IMG/VR virus record: IMGVR_UViG_3300043178_000107
Span: 1 to 43,272 of that record
Direction: 5' to 3' (one strand)
DNA: 43,272 bases
Origin: a virus
Taxonomy: Duplodnaviria; Caudoviricetes
Position numbers and translations under genes: made by a program. Each line of letters begins with the position of its first letter. The first letter of the stretch is position 1. The notes below the pieces were generated by a model. The model was not told where the DNA came from, searched no databases, and saw only the letters and a list, made by a program, of their open reading frames with translations. Positions 36,835-43,272 of this stretch are shown here, piece after piece.

Positions 36835-39800
36835 ATGGCTAAAAAATCTAAAACCGGGGCGAATCAATTCGATAATTCAGGAATGCCGATTATTCATGTC
36901 GATAAACAGAAAGTTCCTGATAAGAAGTTGACAAAATTGGAGCGGCAAGCAAGATTGGAAGGTCAATCAATCCGTGTCGCATCGCTCGGTAGTGGAGCGT
37001 CATTCAGCGGTAATTATGGGGGTTCTTTCAATTCTGGCATATTGAATGCCGATTTTTCTTTCTATAGTCCGCAGTTATCAACTGATTTTCTTGAGTTACC
37101 ACAATCGATTCGTGAGAAAAGAGAACTTTTTAAATTCTTCTATAGATGTGCGATTCCAGGTACCAAAATTCTTTTAGCTGATGGAACTACTAAGGTTATT
37201 GAAGATATTGTTGTAGGTGATATAATTCCGAATGGTTTTGGAAAACTGACAAGAGTAAAACAAATATTTAAGCAATATATAGAAGATGAAATATACACTA
37301 TAAAAGTTAGGGGAATTCAAGATTTTATTTCAGTTACCGGAAATCATCCGTTTTTATCATTTCAAAAAGACCAAGTTAATTGTGAATATGGGTCATATTT
37401 CGGTGCCTGTAAGTCCGGTAATAATGCATTATGTGAAAGAACAAATTGTCATAAGAAAGATTTTGGCAAACCATCGTTTTTATATGCTGAACAATTGAAA
37501 ATTGGTGATTTCATATGTTCTCCAAGACTCAAAGAGTCTGTTGATTGTGATTTAAATTATGCTCAATTACGTTTGCTCGGTTATTACGCAGCAGAAGGTA
37601 GCATTCGATTCAGATATGGTAAAAACGGCAAAAAGCCTCGTGGAGTTGATTTTTCATTAAATAAAGATGAAGAATTTACTATAGCGGCTGAAATTTGCTC
37701 ACATTTCCATAATTTATATGGATCAAAAGCTCATATATATCGTAAGGGTTTACGTGAAAATGCTTTGACTGTTGTTTGTTACAATAAACAATTTGCAGAA
37801 TTTTGTATAAAATACGTTGGGGAGGGAGCTCATAATAAAAAATTACATATAAATTTGATGCACGCATTGCCGGAGCAACAATTGGAATTTATTGGTGCAT
37901 ATTGGAATGGAGGTGGGCGTTTAACAAATAATACTTATATGGCAACATCAGTTAGTGAATCACTTTCCAATCAATTATATCAAATTCTTAAACGGCTTGA
38001 TTTCACACCACGGCTTCATTGTTATGATTATACATCCAAAAATTATAAAATGAAATCACCAACTTACCATATTTGTTTTCCTGGTAGAAATGAATCTACA
38101 TTCAAAAAATTTGCAAATTTTTTGAACGGTCACTATACTCAAGGTCATTATTCTCAAACATATATCATTACTTATGATGATTTTATTTTGAGACCAATTG
38201 AGAGAATTGAAGTTAATTCATATAAAGGCTATGTTCATAATTTTGAGGTTGAAGGCGAAGATGATGAAAAGAGTTATGTGGCCAATGACTTATCAACTCA
38301 TAATACTAACCCGATTGTTCGGGCTGCAATTGATTTTCATACAACAATTCCAATGAGCAAAGTGCGTCTTACTTTGCCAAAGGGCAAAGATCTTAAACGC
38401 AATCATCAGATTCTGGATTTTTTCCAAAAAATGTGTGATCGAATCAAGTTGTTCAAAGCTCTTCATGATATGACGCATGAATATTTTCTTGTAGGTGAAT
38501 GTATTAGCTTTGCCGAAGATCAAGAGGTGGAAATTCCTAAAGAAATTTTAGTTGATATGCATAAGGAGGAAATCGAAACTCTCGATTACGCTGGTAGACC
38601 GCAAAAGAAGATACAAATTTTAGAGGAGCCTAAACCACCCAGTGAACAAATCAAGGCGATGAAAGATTATGTTGCCAAACATTATGAAGGTTTTCAACGA
38701 ATCACAATTTTACCTCCTGAGCAAGTGAGATTGGAAACGTTTCAGTATACCAATAAAGTCAAAATGGAATTGATTCCATCCGATAAAGATCGGACCGTTT
38801 TACTTAAGGCAAAACAAGGTGATCCGGACGCACAAAGCATTGCCGATGATATACCACAGGAAATTGTAGAACATTTAGAGAGTGGACAACCGATTCCGCT
38901 CAACACCAGTCCTTATGATAATTTTTTGTGTTCTTCTTTCTGCTATCATTTAGCGAATAAATCGGCTTATGACGATCGCGGAACGGCATTATTGGAAAGC
39001 TGCCATTTGCCGGGAACAGAAGTAACAGCTCGTAGAGATGGGCAAATCCTTCAAATCCCGATTGAAAATCTGGTGCCTGAAACTGATGAAGTATTGGGCG
39101 GTTCAGGACAGTGGAGAAAATTTCAGACAGGTTCTCGACCTTATGCCGGGACAATAATAGGAATCAATGTTGATAAATTATCTGGAACTGTTTGGTCAAC
39201 ACCAGATCACAAAATGCAGGTATTACGTGATGATAATCTAATCAATGTTGAAGCTAAAGATGTGAAATCCGGAGATTTTCTCAAAATTGCATCCGTTATT
39301 GATACTGATAAATTCGAAAAATTTGATTTGTCACAATTTTTCAATGAACAAGATTGGGTTTTTGTATGTCGCAGAACTAAAACTTCTTTGCCTGTTAAAA
39401 TCCGGCCGGAGGAATCTGGCGATAACTTAGTTCTGCATTATGTGTTTATCGATAAGAATTCCCAACGTGAATCTCGTAAACAGAAATTGAAGCAAATTTG
39501 TGATTGGATACGAAATCTCGAGGCCCCTGTAGAAATTTCTGCTTCGGCTTTTATGTCAAAATTTGATTTATCGGGCCAATCAGTATATCGAGCTATAATT
39601 CGAGATTTGGATGATTTAGGGTATGCTACTCCTTACATAAAGTCACAAAATTTGAAATATAAACCGGTTGTCAGGTTATTTAGACCGGCCAGTTTGAATC
39701 CTGATGTTTTGTATGAAATTCATGAACAAAGATCCTGCCCTAAATGGTTAAATCTCGATGGAGATCTTGGTTATTTGGTTGGTTACTATTTAGGAGATGG

Positions 39801-41328
39801 GTGGACCGAATCCAGTAAACCGTCTGCCACCAAGTATGGCCCGAGCGGTATTTGCTGGGACCAAGATTATGAAACAAGTAATCAATCTATACAATATATT
39901 ATTGAAATAGCCAAACAACTTGATTTGAATTTCACAAATCATGATTACAAATTGGGGTGGCTGCATTTTCATGATGATTGGTTTAGTCGTTGGATTGGTA
40001 AGAATTTTGGATACAATAAAAATAATAAACACCTTCCAGATTGGATTGATAAAGCGCCCGCATCTTTCAGATTTGGAATTTTGAGAGGTCTCATAGATTC
40101 TGATGGATGGTATTCATCAAATAAATACGACATGCATTCGGTAAGTATTAGTATGACCACCAAAGATTTGGTGGAGCAGTTATTTATCATGGCAATCGGA
40201 TTACAATTATCTCCCAATTTTTCACGGCGCGTTAAAGAAAAGCCTGTTCTTCAAGCAAATGGATCTTATTGTCAAAATCCCAAACCTTTATATATTTTGA
40301 ATTTTTCTATCAAGGATAACATCCTACAAATACAAGAGTCCGGATTTAGTTCAAAGCTCAATATAGATACCGCCGGTATTTCTTCATCTTTTTCTGGTTC
40401 AGGGATGAAATCCAGGAAGTATTTGGGCAACATATATTATCAAGTTAAAGATATTATTGCAGATAGTTACGCCGGAGCCGTCCACAGCCTCGACGTCGAT
40501 TTAGACCATACTTTCTATGCCAACAAAATAATGGTTTCAAATTGTCTTCGGACTTTGATTTATCAGGACAAGCTGCGACAGTCACAGACTATGATAGCTT
40601 CTCGGGCAATGACCCCGAAACGAGTAGTCTGGGCTGATAAAATTTCCGAAATCGATGTATTGAATCTCAGAGATCAGATTGATCAGGCATTGATTGATCC
40701 AGATTTCTCAATTGTGGCAAACTATGAAATTCATTGGGATGAAATCGGTTCACGCGACAGGCTTCTCGATTTGAGTTCGGAGTATGAAATAACCAATAAG
40801 TTGTTATTTGTCGGAATGCGGGTCACTGAATCAATGCTCACTGGCGAATCGACTTATGCTGGAGAACGTATTCATTTAGATGTGATGAATACTATGTATT
40901 TGCTTTATCGTGAAATGATTTGTGAGTATGTCGAAAAATATTTATTTGCTCCAGTTGCTGAAAAGAAACAATTTTATGAAATAGATGAATGGGGCAATAA
41001 GGTTTTCCTATATCCGAAATTACAATTCACAAGGTTAGCTTTACGCGACAACAACGAGTTATTCGAAATTTTATTCAACCTATATCAGAAAGGTAGTCTA
41101 CCGATCAAATTTATTTTGGAGTTACTCAACATTGATTCCGATGATACGCTTGCTCAGCTCAAAAAGGATATGTTGACCCCAAATGATCCGGTATTTAACG
41201 AACTCATCAAGGGAGTGCTTGATAATGCTGCGTCCAGTTTGGTAGAGGATACTAATCTGAAAGAGCGTCTTGCAAAGGAACTCGGTCTTGAATTAAAACC
41301 GAAGAAAGAAGGAGATAGATTTGAATGA
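36835..41328 (+). CDS. Probable portal protein interrupted by two inteins (about 597 aa after splicing)
   Basis: Follows terL; exteins read FFYR|TNPIVRAAIDFH..P.S, HEYFLVGE, RGTALLES|CLRTLIYQDKLRQSQ, typical of large-phage portal proteins. Confidence 0.8.
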   Translation: MAKKSKTGANQFDNSGMPIIHVDKQKVPDKKLTKLERQARLEGQSIRVASLGSGASFSGNYGGSFNSGILNADFSFYSPQLSTDFLELPQSIREKRELFKFFYRCAIPGTKILLADGTTKVIEDIVVGDIIPNGFGKLTRVKQIFKQYIEDEIYTIKVRGIQDFISVTGNHPFLSFQKDQVNCEYGSYFGACKSGNNALCERTNCHKKDFGKPSFLYAEQLKIGDFICSPRLKESVDCDLNYAQLRLLGYYAAEGSIRFRYGKNGKKPRGVDFSLNKDEEFTIAAEICSHFHNLYGSKAHIYRKGLRENALTVVCYNKQFAEFCIKYVGEGAHNKKLHINLMHALPEQQLEFIGAYWNGGGRLTNNTYMATSVSESLSNQLYQILKRLDFTPRLHCYDYTSKNYKMKSPTYHICFPGRNESTFKKFANFLNGHYTQGHYSQTYIITYDDFILRPIERIEVNSYKGYVHNFEVEGEDDEKSYVANDLSTHNTNPIVRAAIDFHTTIPMSKVRLTLPKGKDLKRNHQILDFFQKMCDRIKLFKALHDMTHEYFLVGECISFAEDQEVEIPKEILVDMHKEEIETLDYAGRPQKKIQILEEPKPPSEQIKAMKDYVAKHYEGFQRITILPPEQVRLETFQYTNKVKMELIPSDKDRTVLLKAKQGDPDAQSIADDIPQEIVEHLESGQPIPLNTSPYDNFLCSSFCYHLANKSAYDDRGTALLESCHLPGTEVTARRDGQILQIPIENLVPETDEVLGGSGQWRKFQTGSRPYAGTIIGINVDKLSGTVWSTPDHKMQVLRDDNLINVEAKDVKSGDFLKIASVIDTDKFEKFDLSQFFNEQDWVFVCRRTKTSLPVKIRPEESGDNLVLHYVFIDKNSQRESRKQKLKQICDWIRNLEAPVEISASAFMSKFDLSGQSVYRAIIRDLDDLGYATPYIKSQNLKYKPVVRLFRPASLNPDVLYEIHEQRSCPKWLNLDGDLGYLVGYYLGDGWTESSKPSATKYGPSGICWDQDYETSNQSIQYIIEIAKQLDLNFTNHDYKLGWLHFHDDWFSRWIGKNFGYNKNNKHLPDWIDKAPASFRFGILRGLIDSDGWYSSNKYDMHSVSISMTTKDLVEQLFIMAIGLQLSPNFSRRVKEKPVLQANGSYCQNPKPLYILNFSIKDNILQIQESGFSSKLNIDTAGISSSFSGSGMKSRKYLGNIYYQVKDIIADSYAGAVHSLDVDLDHTFYANKIMVSNCLRTLIYQDKLRQSQTMIASRAMTPKRVVWADKISEIDVLNLRDQIDQALIDPDFSIVANYEIHWDEIGSRDRLLDLSSEYEITNKLLFVGMRVTESMLTGESTYAGERIHLDVMNTMYLLYREMICEYVEKYLFAPVAEKKQFYEIDEWGNKVFLYPKLQFTRLALRDNNELFEILFNLYQKGSLPIKFILELLNIDSDDTLAQLKKDMLTPNDPVFNELIKGVLDNAASSLVEDTNLKERLAKELGLELKPKKEGDRFE
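37147..38304 (+). mobile_element. Intein 1 in portal (386 aa, LAGLIDADG type)
   Basis: Starts CAIPGTKILLADG; block B VTGNHPF; LLGYYAAEGS; ends VHNFEVE...SYVANDLSTHN before Thr. Confidence 0.92.
39001..40542 (+). mobile_element. Intein 2 in portal (514 aa, LAGLIDADG type)
   Basis: Starts CHLPGTEV; block B STPDHKM; LVGYYLGDGW and ILRGLIDSDGW; ends VHSLDVDLDHTFYANKIMVSN before Cys. Confidence 0.92.
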
Positions 41329-41388
41329 TGGTTTCAATACTACATTAAAGTTGTATGATAGATTGCTGATACAATCTGAATATAAAAA

Positions 41389-43272
41389 ATGTTGTTGATT
41401 GCTGACAGCTCTTTATCTGATTATGAAAAAGAGGAAAGAGAAGTACGCAGGCTGTTGCGTAAGCCCAAGAAGAATGCTCCGAGATATGATATTAGGCGTA
41501 ATCGTATGAAGGTTGAAGACGAAGATATTCAAAACCCCGCAACAGTAAAGGCTGATGAAGATTTATCTTTGAATTTCAAGGTTATAGGTGGCTCTGATTT
41601 GTCACATATAATAACAAAGATAGCTCAGGATCCCCCCGAATCCGAGAAGAAGAAAAACCCGTCTATTGAAGAGAAGCATGATTGGGCACAGGCTGAGATT
41701 GACAAGAAATTGAAAATCGTTCATGCGATGATCAAGAAGGTTTCGGAGCCTCTTGCCCAACAATTTATCGAATATACTACTAAAAAATATTTGGAACCAT
41801 TCAAAGCATCAGTTACTGATGACGGATCGAATCTCATAAAGTATCTAGACGATGCAAAATCTACGCTGAATGCTTCCGCGAAGCAAATCAAAGCTTCTTT
41901 AGCCACTGATGATATTGCGGATGTTATCAAAGATAATTGGCCAGACCCGACTGATCTCGAGCCATGGTGGTTCAAGGCCCCAATAATTGCAGCAATTAAA
42001 TCAGTACTTAATGAACTCAAAATTCCTGATATTATCAAGGCTATGTTCAAGAAGTACCAAGGATACAATGATAAGCAATTGGTGGATGAACTGATAAAAA
42101 AAGAGCAATTTAATGACTTGACAACCAATGATTTGAAATCTGGCAGTATCACCGAAGCGGATGCGGTCAAATTCACAAAGTTATCGGCAGCTTTCACTGA
42201 GATATCGAAAAATATAGATGCCTCCACCGACGAAATAATTAAATCCATGTCTGATACCAGTGATAGATTTATGTATGCTCTCAATTATATAGCTGAAGTC
42301 AATGAATTTATGAAATCATGGAATGAAACTATGAAGAATGCTGTCCAATTGTTCAAGAAATATGAACGATTGGAGGAAGATATAGAGGATGATGAAGAGG
42401 AAGATCTACTCGCAAAGAGATCAAAAGAACTCGATAAGATCGAGGGAATGATAAATGAATCATCCGCATCATTAGACGAACTTTCAAAGAGAAGATCGGA
42501 TGTCGATTTCGAAACATATATCGATGGATTCCGTGAATATATGCAATCAAAATATGGCCAAGCACCCCGTGAAGTAACCAAGATGCTAGATAATCTCAGA
42601 ATGGCTTCTGCTTCTAATAAACCCAGCAATATAGGAGTCGTGTCGGCCAAAATAGCATCATATTTCGGTGTGGTCGATCAGGGCCACACATCAGGCCCGA
42701 CAAATACTGAATATTTATCATTCGATAAACGTTATTTTGGCAAGAAGCATTATGACTCGATACTTAAACACGCCAATCACTATTTAAATAGTGATTGGAT
42801 CAAATATGGTTGGGATTTGCCAGATGAATCGAATGATTCGAAATTTCGGGCCGCTCTCGATTTAGCTATTCATATGGCTGATAATAATCTATATCAGAGC
42901 AAAATCGATGCTGCTACATATGATATGTTACTAAATAGATTGGCGAATTGGAGTCATGACAGTTTTTCTGAGACTGTGTATGCTCGGAAACCGGGTAATA
43001 AAAGGAGTGTTAAGATGAGTGCTGCCGATGTCAAGTCAATAGTTCGCGTAGCCAATGAGCTCAAAGATTCCAACCCTCGAGCATCATTGGATTTAATGAG
43101 AAGTGTTGCTTCGTTATTGACGAAGCAAGCGCTCGTCGAGGAATCATGTATGACTCATGATAAGCCCCTATCATCTCCGCCTTCGGCGGCATCAGCTGAT
43201 GGTGCAACCGCCGCTGAAGGTGAAGAGATGTCTATGAAGGATTTGGAGAAATCCAAGAAGGAATTAAAGGAT
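41389..43272 (+). CDS. Large putative head-associated protein, 3'-truncated (absent from the ORF track)
   Basis: ATG 41389 opens a frame with no stop to the window end (628 codons): MLLIADSSLSDYEKEEREVRRL...DLSLNFKVIGG...FRAALDLAIH...; many K/R-x-A motifs; follows portal. Confidence 0.85.
   Translation, partial: MLLIADSSLSDYEKEEREVRRLLRKPKKNAPRYDIRRNRMKVEDEDIQNPATVKADEDLSLNFKVIGGSDLSHIITKIAQDPPESEKKKNPSIEEKHDWAQAEIDKKLKIVHAMIKKVSEPLAQQFIEYTTKKYLEPFKASVTDDGSNLIKYLDDAKSTLNASAKQIKASLATDDIADVIKDNWPDPTDLEPWWFKAPIIAAIKSVLNELKIPDIIKAMFKKYQGYNDKQLVDELIKKEQFNDLTTNDLKSGSITEADAVKFTKLSAAFTEISKNIDASTDEIIKSMSDTSDRFMYALNYIAEVNEFMKSWNETMKNAVQLFKKYERLEEDIEDDEEEDLLAKRSKELDKIEGMINESSASLDELSKRRSDVDFETYIDGFREYMQSKYGQAPREVTKMLDNLRMASASNKPSNIGVVSAKIASYFGVVDQGHTSGPTNTEYLSFDKRYFGKKHYDSILKHANHYLNSDWIKYGWDLPDESNDSKFRAALDLAIHMADNNLYQSKIDAATYDMLLNRLANWSHDSFSETVYARKPGNKRSVKMSAADVKSIVRVANELKDSNPRASLDLMRSVASLLTKQALVEESCMTHDKPLSSPPSAASADGATAAEGEEMSMKDLEKSKKELKD

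Noticed and set aside
41721-42650. Minus-strand ORFs of 187 and 121 aa, and other short overlapping ORFs in the track
   Set aside because: They are antisense or alternate-frame shadows of longer genes; here the real gene is the plus-strand frame from 41389.

Overview
This is an AT-rich (about one-third GC), gene-dense segment of a large tailed-phage (jumbo-phage-like) genome read in the standard genetic code. The first ~28 kb is a DNA metabolism, replication and recombination module. It includes the C-terminal part of an intein-containing class II ribonucleotide reductase, an NAD-dependent ligase split into two divergent genes, RecD2, a GC-rich Dam, a probable SSB, RuvC-like resolvase and RecA. 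It also has SbcC/Rad50 split into two genes around SbcD, a Cas4-like nuclease, beta-clamp-like protein, primase, DnaX, NusG, 5'-3' exonuclease, a tandem sigma-region-4 protein, two homing-endonuclease-like genes and a second DNA methyltransferase. From ~28.4 kb the window is a virion/packaging module: BACON/Ig-like protein, several uncharacterised putative head proteins, terminase large subunit, a probable portal with two inteins, and a long ORF running off the end. The most notable observations are: (1) the ligase halves can be rejoined by one inversion at a shared ATG, yet each has its own promoter-like element; (2) a recurrent G-TANNNT-N5/6-start motif suggests leaderless transcripts for at least 11 genes; (3) Rad50 is split at its zinc hook; (4) two adjacent unrelated proteins share an 11-residue C-terminal tail; (5) the GC-rich Dam is flanked by an HNH relic and a possible older Dam relic; (6) a GC-rich LHRxDGPA repeat gene has an inverted, decayed copy 8.5 kb away. 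No tRNA, rRNA, CRISPR array or reverse transcriptase was seen. All calls rest on motifs read by eye, not database searches.
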